This document shows, piece after piece, positions 22,527 through 34,650 of a stretch of DNA of 64,000 bases. Origin of the DNA: Trichosphaerium sp. ATCC 40318 (Eukaryota > Protista > Tubulinea); NCBI GenBank assembly GCA_038496445.1, contig JALMLS010000354.1, forward strand, positions 538,045 to 602,044, written 5' to 3'. The notes below the pieces were generated by a model, which did no database searches, was not told the origin of the DNA, and worked only from the letters and a program-made list of their open reading frames with translations. Numbering within the stretch: position 1 is the stretch's first letter; each line of letters opens with the position of its first letter. The translations under genes and the position numbers were made by a program.

Positions 22527-24410
22527 ATGCAAACAACTCCTAAAACTAAAGTGTATGTTACCCAAGGTGCGCTAGTCCAATCGCCAAAAGCCGAACTCGT
22601 AGAAAACCATTTAGGCAAGAAATGGCAACAAAAAGCATCTGAAATAATTCTAACGCACTATAGGATACAAAAGGAGCAATCTACAAAAGTTGTTTTTCGT
22701 TCAAGAAAGCAAAGAAGGCAGACAACCTCTATCGACGCCAAAAAACATCTCAGCGCGATAAACAACAAGCGAAGAAACAATCTACAAGAGAGGAAAGACT
22801 TTTTTGAAAAAGTCCGAAATTTCGGTCGACCAACACGTGACAGCCGAAAAGATCGTGAAGAAAGACGCCAAAAAGAACTAAAAAAGAACTTAAGGAAAGA
22901 GTACCTCGGTATAAAGGACCATAAGCCCAAACACTACAAGAAAAAAATCCCACCAAACGGAAAAACACATTGGAGTCTTTCAGATGATACAGCGAAAGAT
23001 TCTCTTCTACCTTCGAATCTAGTCCGTCCATTATTCGGGCGAGGTTCTCTCGGTGGTATAGATCACAAAGGACTCGAGAAACAGGTATCCGCGAAGCACT
23101 GGTCAAAGAAAAGTCGGAACGAGATGACGAACCGTGATTGGAAAATAATGCGCGAAGATAACTCGATAGCTGTCACTGGACACAACCCACCTCCACCTAT
23201 TACAAGATGGAACCAATGTACAATCCCTCAGACTCTCCAAGATGCCTTGAAAGCTTGCAAGTTCTATAAACCAACACCAATCCAGATGCAAGCCATCCCA
23301 GTCCTTCAAAGAAGCAACAACGAGAACCTTATCGCCACTGCTCAAACAGGATCAGGAAAAACATTGGCATTCCTTGTATCCATCTTCACGGATATCCTAA
23401 ACGCGAATATCAGCCAAAGCAATCTCGTAGGAGCTTCTGGACCAGCTGCGCTCGTTTTGGTTCCAACACGTGAACTCGCTCTACAAATATTTAGTGTTTA
23501 TGAGCAGCTTGCTGAACACGTCAGTGGAGTTCGCGCTGTTTGCCTTTATGGAGGCGTGCCAGAGTACATACATGCTCAGATGCTTAGTCAAGCACCTAAC
23601 CTTCTTATCGCTACTCCTGGACGTCTCTGGCAGTGTATTCAAGGAAGATATACAACACTATCAGAGTGTCGGTTTGTAGTAATGGATGAAGCCGACAAAC
23701 TGGTAGAAGCATTCGAAGAAGACGTTGCAACGATGCTTGACATGATTCCACCTCCACCAAGGAAAATAGCTTTATTTTCAGCTACAATGCCTCTTCACGT
23801 TATGGCGTTGGCTAGAAAGAAGAATTTCTTGACTCGCGCTATCAAGGTATCCATCGGCAATGACGACTTGACAACAAATGATAAAATACGACAATATGTT
23901 GAAATCCTATCAGGTGACGGTGAAAAACGAAAACGACTTGCTCGTATCCTACAGCATGCTCAGCCGCCTGTGATTCTGTTCGTGAGTACCAGGAACCGAG
24001 CTGATAACCTAGCACACTTCATATCGAAGTCTGAGAGGATCCAATGGCGTGCAGCGGCTATGCATGGCGGTAAAAATCAACTTCATAGAGGTCGTATTTT
24101 GAACGACTTCAAGGAGGGTTCAACTGATATTCTCATCGCTACAGGCCTTGTTGAACGTGGTCTGGATGTGAAAGGTGTTTGTCATGTTATCAACTACGAC
24201 TTACCTGGTACTATCGCTGATTATGTTCATCGTATTGGAAGGACAGGAAGAATGTCAGGAGGAAAGATGGAAAAAGGTGAAGCAACAACTTTTGTTACTC
24301 CATCAGATGATAAGAGTGTCATTGGTGATTTGAATAAGTTCTTAAGAAGATGTAGTAATGTTAGTATACCTAGAGGTCTATACGCCCTAGGCACACGCAA
24401 TAACTATTAA
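22527..24410 (+). CDS. DEAD-box RNA helicase, Prp28/DDX23-like, intronless and divergent
   Basis: HWSKKSRNEMTNRDWKIMREDNSIAVTG is the Prp28 pre-core motif; AQTGSGKT, PTRELA, DEAD, SAT, HRIGRTGR present. Confidence 0.9.
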   Translation: MQTTPKTKVYVTQGALVQSPKAELVENHLGKKWQQKASEIILTHYRIQKEQSTKVVFRSRKQRRQTTSIDAKKHLSAINNKRRNNLQERKDFFEKVRNFGRPTRDSRKDREERRQKELKKNLRKEYLGIKDHKPKHYKKKIPPNGKTHWSLSDDTAKDSLLPSNLVRPLFGRGSLGGIDHKGLEKQVSAKHWSKKSRNEMTNRDWKIMREDNSIAVTGHNPPPPITRWNQCTIPQTLQDALKACKFYKPTPIQMQAIPVLQRSNNENLIATAQTGSGKTLAFLVSIFTDILNANISQSNLVGASGPAALVLVPTRELALQIFSVYEQLAEHVSGVRAVCLYGGVPEYIHAQMLSQAPNLLIATPGRLWQCIQGRYTTLSECRFVVMDEADKLVEAFEEDVATMLDMIPPPPRKIALFSATMPLHVMALARKKNFLTRAIKVSIGNDDLTTNDKIRQYVEILSGDGEKRKRLARILQHAQPPVILFVSTRNRADNLAHFISKSERIQWRAAAMHGGKNQLHRGRILNDFKEGSTDILIATGLVERGLDVKGVCHVINYDLPGTIADYVHRIGRTGRMSGGKMEKGEATTFVTPSDDKSVIGDLNKFLRRCSNVSIPRGLYALGTRNNY

Positions 24411-24640
24411 ATAAATTATAGTTTAGAACACTTGTTCTCTATTTTCTTGTTTTTTTCTTTGAAGTCTCTGTAGGCACTTGTGTTTTCTCCCGTACTGAAT
24501 TAGATAGTATTACTAAATACTCTTGCATTTTAATCAACTGCTACTGTCCCTTTTGGTAGGTTAAAAAGAAAGCAAAAGGACAGCACCTTACTTTTTTAAA
24601 CCAGTTTATTGTTCTGGGTTAATACAATACAATTACTTTA

Positions 24641-26458
24641 TTAAATATATGTTGGATCGTCAAGAATATTAGATAATATTGTTTGGCGTACAGACTAAAA
24701 TAATAGTAAATAACCAGAGAACCTTTGGACACAAATTAAAACGATAAAAAAGATGAAACGCACCCCAAAAACAAACGATATATTTTTTGTATTAACAGCA
24801 CAAGTGAAGTGAGTAAATATAACATGTTCACTAATATTTCGTTCTAAATACTTTGATTTAACAAACTCTAATGCTTGGTTATAATCCGCTCCTCCTTTGT
24901 AGTCCGTCTAAATAGAAACTGTAAGAACAAAAAAAGGAGAAAAAAAGAAGAAAAAGCTCTCGCAAAAACGTGATCGATACACATTGTTTAAAGTCAACAC
25001 CAGGTTGAACAATAATGCCATTTTTCCTTTTTTAGGCCACCAGGTGGCATCAAAGTAATATAAATGTTTAGGATGCGCCTTTTAAAAAAACTTGACATAT
25101 TCTTCTTACGAAGAACATTAACGTACAAATAACTTATTTAAGGGTACGCCTTCAGTTATCTTTTCTTCAAAAAGATCTATTTTGTTTAAAAATAGAATAA
25201 TATCAACGCTCTTAAATGGCCTAGAGTTTGCAATTTCTTCAAACAACAAAATAGATTCGTCCATCCTAAAACGTATACGTCAAATAACTACAACGTCACC
25301 ACAGTACATTAGATAGTTTAAAAAAAAGTTGGCATACCTGTTTTTACCTGTTTGTTCACGCAAGGTTTGGTTATACTCGCTTAAAGACGCTACAAAGACC
25401 ACAGCAGTGATCATATCTTGAAATAAATGAAGCCATTTTCTGTGTAAATTGTGAGAAATGAATGAATTTAAGATATTCCGTTTACCTTCTTTCACTTTGC
25501 TGGCCACCAACATCTATCATAGAAAAGCAAAATTGTTCAAATGTAAATTCAGTTTCTTCTATACCAGTCGTTCTCACTCGAGCCCTAAAACTGCCGTTAG
25601 AGTTATCCAAGAAAACAATAAAAAAAATATACTTTAATATATCTTCATTTGTAGGAACATAACCTTTACTTGACAACCGATCTACAGAATCAAAAAAACT
25701 ATAACGCATATTAATAGATAATAATAGCCACTTCAAAAAGTAGTTTTCATTCAAAGAACTTAGTTATTAACATGTCAAATTACAAAAAAAATTAAGTTGA
25801 CTTACTATGACGCTGTATCATTCATCTGGAACATAGAATCACGCATAGAAAATGCTTTACGTATACCCTTATCATTCCATAATGTATTTATTACACTGGC
25901 AACATCAGATGTTAACAATGAACGTTGTTGACCATGTCGAAACATTTCCAAAAACTTTTGTGCAACAATCTACAACAACAATCTGTCAATTCATGAAAAC
26001 TACTTCGCGTCTGGTATCATATTAACGTACCAAGTTATCCTGACTATCTAGGGATATGCACATATCTTGACAAGCCTTTACAAGGCTAACCATCTCATTT
26101 ATGGCGTTGTAGTGCACAACAAATACCCATTCAGTTGAATCGTTTGCAAAACTTTTTTGTGCATCAAGTATCTTCATCTGTTTAAATACAGTAGATTTAC
26201 CTTGTGGAAGCGATGTTATAAAACAGCCTTACAGAAAAAAATAGATTGAAAAACCAAAAAGGTAGCAAAGTATCGGAGTAATTTTATAGCTATTTATATG
26301 ACTGTACCAGATTCTCCTGCGCCTATTACGCGTTAACGGTGAATTTCAAGATAAATCAGCTTGACAAGCGTACCTAGTAGTAATATGCGTACTACGTCTT
26401 GAGGATTGCGGTTATTGGTCGCATAGGCGCGCTGTGATCTTTTCATGCAACAAGCCAT
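24641..26458 (-). CDS. Heterotrimeric G-protein alpha subunit, multi-exon
   Basis: [39 protein letters not shown] and HFTCAVNT from spliced exons. Confidence 0.93.
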
Positions 26459-26737
26459 TATGAATAGTTTATTTATGTGCACCGCCTTTGCACTTGCAAA
26501 TCAGGCGCCTGTTTCCGTGCAATAGTAAAAAGGCGTTTTCCTTAAATGCCTACAAAACCCAAATAAGAGGCACTGCGAATACTCTATCCTTGCGCCTGAA
26601 CGATGTGCTCGCTTTTCGGCCTAACACAAATCGAAGCGTAAGCAGTTTGACTGTTTTGAATCATTTTGTAAGTGTTCTGTTGGTACAACCGTCAACAGTC
26701 TTGCACCAGTACAACAGCGGTACAAAGGAACGTTATA

Positions 26738-28048
26738 ATGCCTACTGGGATACAAAAACACATCACGACAAATAACGAATCTACTTTACTTGTTAATGCA
26801 ATCCGAGTCGCCTCTATTGCGTTGCTTGCCGCGTGTTATACGCATAGCGAGTCACTACAGGTACGCCTGGCCATAACCCGTCGAAAAGGAAGCTAACAGC
26901 GTAGAAAGGCATCTGTAGACACTCTCTGGGAGGTTTTAAAACAAAACAACGTATACACGTCAGTTTACGCGGAAACAGTACATACCGCCGTAAGCATCAC
27001 TAAAATGGCGCAATTCGCTTACCGGGCCTCTAGTTGTGGGTGTTATCGATTCTAATCGGATTTAATATTTTCCTTCAAATACCCGGCGTCAGAAAGTACA
27101 AAATAGATAAAACCGACGCTGTCTTCTCCAAAGGTGTCAAGCGTCACTATTGGCAAATATTTGTAGAATCTGTCACTTATTTAACGCCACTTGCCGTTTT
27201 AGACACGTTTGTTAAAAAGTACTATCACGGTACGTTATGGAAACATTGTTTTGCGCGCTGTGCGAGTAATTGATACTTTTTTTTTAACTTCTGAGATTAG
27301 GTGTTGATGTGGAACTCTGGCGCACTCATGAGAGTGATAACTGGTTTCTACATACAAGACTACTACCTGATAAAGCACCAACGGTCGGAGAGATTCTAGT
27401 AACAAATCTGCTAGCATTTGTAAGTACAACAATAATCTCTGAGTGCTTCTTTTAACAGAAACGCAGATTGTTTTTGACGCAGGATTTTTTGTACTTCACT
27501 ATACACTACACCAAGTACCAATATTATACAGGTACCTACAACCTTAAAGTCGTGTTTATGTTGTACTAATCAGTTGCACATTTAGGTGGTTTCATAAGTA
27601 CCATCATGATCATGAACACTTGGTTCTCATGTACACTAATAAGCTTTCTATAGTAAGTTTGTTTCAAGGATATGAAACCCTCTTTTTTTTTTAGTGAGTG
27701 TTTTTTTTTTGACTAAACACGTGATATAGGTAGAAAGGACATTGATTGTAGGCATTGCAAACTTTTCTTTAAAGATGTTCCACGCACACCCACTGTCAAG
27801 AACAGTCTTCATTTTTCTGTTTGCTGCAATGTTTCTTGATAATCACTGCGGTTAGTTGAAAGATTACCATGTTACACTGATTTGATATACCCTTAGGATA
27901 CGACTTTCCTTGGTCATATGATAAAATCATTCCATTTGGTTTGATTGGTGGAAGCAGACGGCATTATGAACACCATATTAATGGAGCATTACATTTTCAA
28001 GCGTATTTCACTTATATAGACAAGTTTTTCTTTAGTGAGGATAAATGA
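26738..28048 (+). CDS. Fatty acid hydroxylase/sterol desaturase family (cholesterol 25-hydroxylase-like)
   Basis: His boxes HYTLH, HKYHH and HYEHH plus NHCGYDFPW; RKYKI after the first TM segment. Confidence 0.88.
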
Positions 28049-28344
28049 GAACAGAATAACTAAATGTCTTGTGATACAATGTATATTTGTATTCAAAAAA
28101 AAAAAAGTATTTATGAAGAAACCGTTTAGTTATACCTTGTTCTCCAATGCTAAGCTTGTGCAAAACGCCTGTTAACACGTGATTCACGAATTTGATATGG
28201 TTCAGGAGTGTGTGAACAAACAACGAACAGAGAATATCGACTTTGATACTAATTAACACTTTTTTTTGTTGCCAAGTACAAAAGTCAGCGAAAATCTGTT
28301 AACGTATTTTTTTGTATTTCGCAAACTCTACTGGCGCTATTGCT

Positions 28345-31300
28345 ATGAACTCGCGACAGAGGAGGAACATTCACAGGCGTTTGACAATAAAGTACAAGGA
28401 TGAAAAAGTCCTAACGAAGGAGCACACGCGTTGGTGTTACAATTTAGATGGGCAGCCACGCACTACTGCGCATTATTCAAAGGACGAAGAAAATAGAAAC
28501 TTGACAAACCCAAACGATTTAAGCTTCCTCGTTGAGGTCAAAAAGAAGGCAAAGACGTCAACACAGAAGCTTGAAGAGCTTATTGGACCAAACCCAGAAA
28601 AGATGCTCAAAGACGAAGAAGACTTCGCTGGTTTGAAGGTAAGCATCATCGTACTTGTTATTTCGTTATTGTTTTTCCAACTTGCGTTATTTCACGGAAC
28701 GCAACCGCAATTTCTTCTACACGTCGACAAACGCCTAAAACCCTTACGTCATCATTAGAACTTGGGCGCTACATGCTATATGAACAGTTTGCTGCAGACT
28801 CTTTACCACAACACTTTATTTCGCCAAGGTATTTACAAATGGACTGGAGACGAAGATGACGTACGTTTTATTGCATAGACAAGCCGAAAAACGGTAATGA
28901 CTCTATGTTTTCAAGTCTTGAAGCTCTGAACTACAGAAATTACGCCTGTTCGCGTCTTGAGCCTGTTAATGAATCAAAAGTTGTTTTTTTCTCTTGGGAA
29001 CGCTATTTTTATTGGAAGAACTTATCACGTGTCTTATTATGAAATAGGAGAAGAATATTTGTGGAGAGCTTCAGTTGCTTTTCTCAAAGCTTCAAAAAGG
29101 TCATGCTAAGTATGTTATACCTACAAAGTTTGCCAGGGCTGTAAATATTGATACTGGTATCCAGCAAGACGCTCAAGAGTACGGAATCATCATCACCATT
29201 ATTTTACAGCCAACTTATATTTTTGACAAGGTTTTATAAGCTACTTGTGACTTATCTTGAGAGAATATTTGAGGAATCTAATGATCCTGAAATTAAAGAT
29301 CTAGTCAAGCAGTTTGTTGGTAAACTAGTATATTTAACAGAGTGTCCAAATTGCAACGCGACTTCGACAAAGGAAGAGGACTACTATGAGTTAGATTTAC
29401 CTATAAAGGCATGTTATTTTGTTTATATTTGTGGTGCTCTCGTGACTGTTGTTGATTGAATATTAGGGTAATGACGAGCTAAAAGATGCACTTAAGGCGT
29501 ATTTTAGACAAGAAACTGTTGAGGGGTTTAAATGCGAAGCATGTAATGAATCTGTTAATGTCAGACGAGGTATTACATTGACATCTTTGCCTAAGGTAAT
29601 TTTCATTCCATTTTACTATTCATTGAAAACGTTTACTTTCTGTAACTTACACGTTTTTTTGAGTAGGTTCTCAATTTACAGCTTATGCGTTTTGTGTTCG
29701 ATACAAAAACGTTTTCGAAAGAAAAAGTAATGAATTCCGTTCTGTTTCCCAAGACAATAGATATGAGAGATCATATTCAAGGAACACGTGAAGAAGTGCG
29801 TTGTTTTTGGTATTTTTCACTTTGTATTTGCTCTTATCACGTGGTTAACATGTGCAATATTTAGCTTGCTGAACAGAATTTAAAATATGACTTGAGTGCC
29901 GTTATTTGTCATATTGGCACATCAGCGTTTGGAGGACATTATGTGGCTTACACTAGACAGAAAGTATCGTACGTTGAATATTCAATTAAATGTGTTGCTG
30001 ATAGTAAAACACAGAGAATATACAGACTATTGGTGGAGGTTTGATGACGATAAAGTAGAAAGACTGCTAACGTACCCATTCAAGAAATCCAAGTATGATT
30101 ACGTTAGTACAGGTACTTTCTTGTTCAATGTTTCTTGAGTCGCTTTTTTAACTGGTTTAAAGATAGAAAGACAGAGACGGCTTATATGCTCATATATCAA
30201 AGACAAGATTATGTAGATGTTAAACCGACACCACCAGAGAAAGCAGAAAAGCTTGTGGAACAAGAGAACCAGGTAACAGCTTTTTTAAAACAAAACAGCT
30301 TTTACTTCATGAGTTTTTTCTAACGCACTTTCAAAGCAATTGTACAAAAACGTGGAGTCTTATAATAGTGTGAAAGAAGGCGAACAAGATTCTGTTCATG
30401 CTGACGTTATACAGAAAAATGAGCTGTTAGCTGTACGTTAAGACATTGTGAGACCAAGTGGGACTCATTTTAAACAAAAGGGATTAAGCGTCCATACAAG
30501 TTCTGACGATTATGCATTCATAAACGCTAACTGGCTTCATGCTTGGGCTTCTGGGAATGAGGCTATGGCACCTATAGATAATTCAGTTTTACTATGTGAT
30601 CATAATAAAGCATCCTTTAAGGACCTGAAAAGAGTGAAGAGGATAAGCAAGGTATGTAGAATAAACTTGGCCAATAATAGTCAAGTTACTAAAAAAATTC
30701 TGTTTAGACTGTGTATGATGTCTTGCATGATAAGTTTAAGGTACGTTGTTTGCAATGATAAAATATACCCTTTGGTCCTTACTTGAATTAGGGAGGACCA
30801 ATGCTAGACCATGAGAGCTTGTGTGAAGAATGTTGTCAAGCATATTGGACAAATGAAGTGTATGTTGTTAAAAGCTTGTAGCCAAACTTACATTGTTAAG
30901 TGACGTTTTTGAACGAAAGCGAATGAAGAAAGAGATTGAGCAAGCTATTGATAAGTTTAGCTACACACACAGTACAACTGATAATGGATTCTTTGTTTCA
31001 AAGGCCTGGCTTCAACGTACGTGATGAAAAAACCAAAAAGGACTTTGATGTACTTTTCGTTTTCTAACTTTTTTGAAGTTTGGACAAAAGGCAGTTGTGA
31101 ATCTGTTGCAGATATGATGCCTAATATTTTAATGGATATATCTTGCCCTCATGGAAAACTTTTACCAAAAGCAGAGTCAAAGAAAATACCTGACGAGGTA
31201 AAACTTGGGTTAGGGTCGGGTTGATTTACATGAAAGCTTATCGTCCTTTAGGCATGGTTGTACTTTATGTCGCTGATACCTGGAGAAAATACAATTAAAC

Positions 31301-32977
31301 CTCTCCCTGGAACGTCTAGACCATGTAAAGAATGTGCCAAGGAGAACGAACGAGAAGCTAAAGAGCGTAAAGAGCAAATAATGGCAAGAAACTCTGAAAA
31401 ATCAAAGCTGTAGTAAGTAATACTCACCTTTTTTTTGAAGCTAACTGATACCTTTAGTAATGTTGTTACATATAAGAATAGACGTATTACAGCGAAGAAC
31501 TGTATTACTGGTAAATCATATATCATAGTACCACGGAAGTGGTTCAAGTCTTGGCTTGATTACACAGACGGCAAAGGGTTAGCTGCTTTTTTCTTGGATT
31601 ACTTTTTTTGACTGTTTTTTTATTTAGTCCACGACCAGGTGCCCTTGATTTTACAACAATGTTATGTCCACATGGCGGTTTAGCATATAGAATCAGTGAT
31701 GCAATGAAACAAAAAAGACGAGATACTAAACTAGAGCTTATAAATGAGAGAGATTACGAAGAATTGATTGATGTTGGAAAGTACGTTCTTCTGTTGCTTT
31801 TTTTTTTGAGTGTGTTTGATTACTTACAACACTATTAAAGATATGAAGTCAAAGGAAGTGTAATGAGGTTCCATTGTCAAGAAACAGCTTACGCAAGTAC
31901 GAATTCTTTGTCCGTTAGTTAAACCAAAACTGGTTCTTTTTCTGACTCGATTGGATTTTTTCTTTCGATGATCACGATGTACCAAGTAACTGATGTATTT
32001 ATTTTTCTTTAGCTCAAACTGTTATTGGTATTCATGAACCAGAAGTATGCAATGCTTGTGCTGATAAAAGACGTGAAGACGACTTGCGTCAACTGTGTAA
32101 TTTCAAAGGGGAAAAAATCTTTGTGGCAGAAAAAATAGATGTAACATCAACCTTTACTCTAAAGAAGAGTACGTTCGAAATCAAATGTTTTTTTGCTTTT
32201 GTATAAAACCAAGCGAGGTCATTCAAACATGGTTCACACCCAGGACCTTATTTCTTTGGCTCTAACAATACTACCGAAAATCCAGAAAACATCCAAAAAT
32301 ATCCAAAAAAAGAATGTTATCGACATTACATAAACGCTTTGGATTTTTGATTATAGATTGTTTTATTAATTTTATTCTGTTTAGTGCAAATTTCTGTATC
32401 TGGAGGAATGAGTGTACAGACTCTTAAGCTTAATATTTATCAAGCTTCAGATATTTTACCTTTTCAACAAAAGTTATATTTTGGTGGTGTCTGTCTATCG
32501 AATGATAATGATACTCTATCGGATTATAAAATACTGCCTTTTTGTACATTAGTTGTTGTAAAAATGAGTGAGGATGAACTTGCTGCAGAGGCAATGAAAG
32601 AATCACATCAAAGGCAAAAGTTTGCGAAAGAAAAAGGATTTGAAGGTAACCCTACGAAAAAAATTATTTTGTATCTTTTTTCCTTCATTGAGCTCATTCA
32701 CTTATTCTCTTTAAGGTACTGGACTACAAGGTTTATCGCCCCATCCAGCCAAGAAACAAAAAATTGAAGATCCAGATGTAGTAGAAGTAGTTGAAATAGA
32801 CCCACAAGTACGACTTATTCCACTTTTTTTTTTTTTCAATGTCTGTCTTATTTGTAAACTCTTTTCCATCTTAACAGCTTTTACTAGTGGCCATGTAGGA
32901 TGTGTACTTTTCTTAATGAAGATACAATGCTAGCTTGTGCTGTATGTGGAAATGAAAGACCACCAATGCATGCATAA
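28345..32977 (+). CDS. Ubiquitin-specific protease USP48/UBP26-like (USP, DUSPs, UBL, C-terminal RanBP2-type zinc finger)
   Basis: GLKNLGATCYMNS Cys box, QQDAQEF, GGHY His box, WWRFDD; DUSP-type PIDNS-LLCDH and CPHG; UBL QQKLYFGG; WPCRMCTFLN..CAVC. Confidence 0.9.
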
Positions 32978-33245
32978 TAAATACATCAAAACAAAATTGC
33001 AGCTGCTGTAGTTTATTTCTTGTACTTTTTTTTTTTGCTACCTGAGACTAAGATTCGACGTGACTTAAAAAAAGACAAGTCTGAAGAACGTGCTACGTAG
33101 CAGCAGTCAAACCTATAAATAAATCACGTGGACTTACAATTTACGCAATTAGTCACACGTATCAAAAAATCATGGTGACTTTAATGTACAGAACATTACA
33201 ACTCCAATGCTTTGTCATTGTAGTTTATTCAGGGTTTTTTTGCAT

Positions 33246-34219
33246 CTAATAATATTCATCATACATCCACGTTTTGCCTTTCATCAGTTTACCATTTTTG
33301 TATACACACTCCTTTGACGGTTGACAGTTATTATACCATGACTTAAATTCTCCATCTCGTCTTCCCTGGACGTATGTACAGTGGCTTTGCAGGTGTCCGT
33401 TATCATGCCAACGCTTGCACTCTCCGTCTCGTTTACCTTTCACGAAATTGCTCTGCTCTCTCAGTTGACCATTTCTTCTATACCATGATAAGTATTTTCC
33501 ATGTATTTGGCCTTGTAAGTAATGGCAATGTACTAACTGTTGGCCTTTTCTACCCCATTTCTTGTACTCACCATGTTTTTTGTCATTGGTATAAGTACAA
33601 TGCTTTTCTAACACACCGTTGCTTAACCATTGTTTGTAATCACCTTCCTTTTTGTCATTTACATAACAAAACTTCTCTGCCATTTGTCCATTGCAATACC
33701 AGCTTCTATGACCACCATTTCGCTTACCACTTATGTAATTACTATGTTCTGATAGTTGACCTTCTTGAGTATACTCCATTAGTTCTCCATTCTTTTCACC
33801 ATTGTGATAGCAACTCTTCTTTCTCAACTGCCCATTGTTGTAATACTCTATTCTTTCTCCTTCACATTTATCGTTTGAGTAGGTACACTCTAAACGCAAT
33901 GTTCCATTAGAATGCCAACACTTATGCTCTCCATCACGTTTACCATGTATCCAATACCTTTGACTTATAATTTTTGAGTCGGCTCCAAACTTCAACCATT
34001 TACTGTGTTTTTTAAAGTCACAATCAAATCTTGTTGTTGTCGCTGTTTGTTTTGATAAGATAGGCCACTTTAAGTAAACTTCAAAGTCAATATCAATAAT
34101 ATCAAGCTGTAGTTCCACCGGAAGGCTTAGTATACTCTTTTCGTTTATACTATCGGTTTGTATCTATTTATGAGTAAATAAAGGCTAGTTACACCAATAG
34201 TTACCTTGCGTTTTATCAT
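33246..34219 (-). CDS. F-box-like + MORN-variant (MORN_2) repeat protein
   Basis: ATG 34219 with one short intron; SILSLPVELQLDII; about 10 repeats of 24 aa (NGKxxGEYKxWYxNGQL). Confidence 0.85.
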
Positions 34220-34650
34220 TGAGTTAATAAATAACTTAGAAGGTTTGTAGTCACGTGGGTATTATTGCTAGTATGTTTGTAGCCTGAAGTCAACGACACT
34301 GTTTTTTTTCAGAGTGATTGTAACGACACACTCTTAGAATACTGGAAAGTTTCCGGGAAGGAATCATTCCAAAAGCTCTTTGCATTTTCTTCGAAAAAAA
34401 AAAGCATGACAAGAATTGGCAGTTCAAAAGTAACTTTAAGGACTAACTCAACGATAATCCAATCCTCGACTCTGACCAACAACACACTATTTCCTTTAAT
34501 GCAGATACACGAAGAAACACGAGCATCAGAATTCTCATTTAGTTCTGAGTGTTGGCTGGAACTTGTTGCCTGACTTAAACATTGAAATCTAAAAATAAAT
34601 TCGCAAGCCACTTCTAGCGATCAAACTACAAAAGATTGCTTACAATTAGA

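Noticed and set aside
25035-25050. GGCCACCAGGTGGCA resembling a CTCF site
   Set aside because: CTCF is an animal protein and the gene content and structure look protist; single occurrence.
26449-26458. 10-nt complementarity between the snoRNA-like guide CAACAAGCCA and the G-alpha start region
   Set aside because: A 10-mer match within 64 kb on two strands is not unlikely by chance.
31208-31222. GGGTTAGGGTCGGGTT telomere-like run
   Set aside because: Only 2-3 imperfect units inside an intron.
33374-33910. 178-aa antisense ORF over the MORN gene, and similar shadows at 50759, 57170, 22658 and 22750
   Set aside because: By-products of repetitive or biased coding on the opposite strand; no protein-like features.
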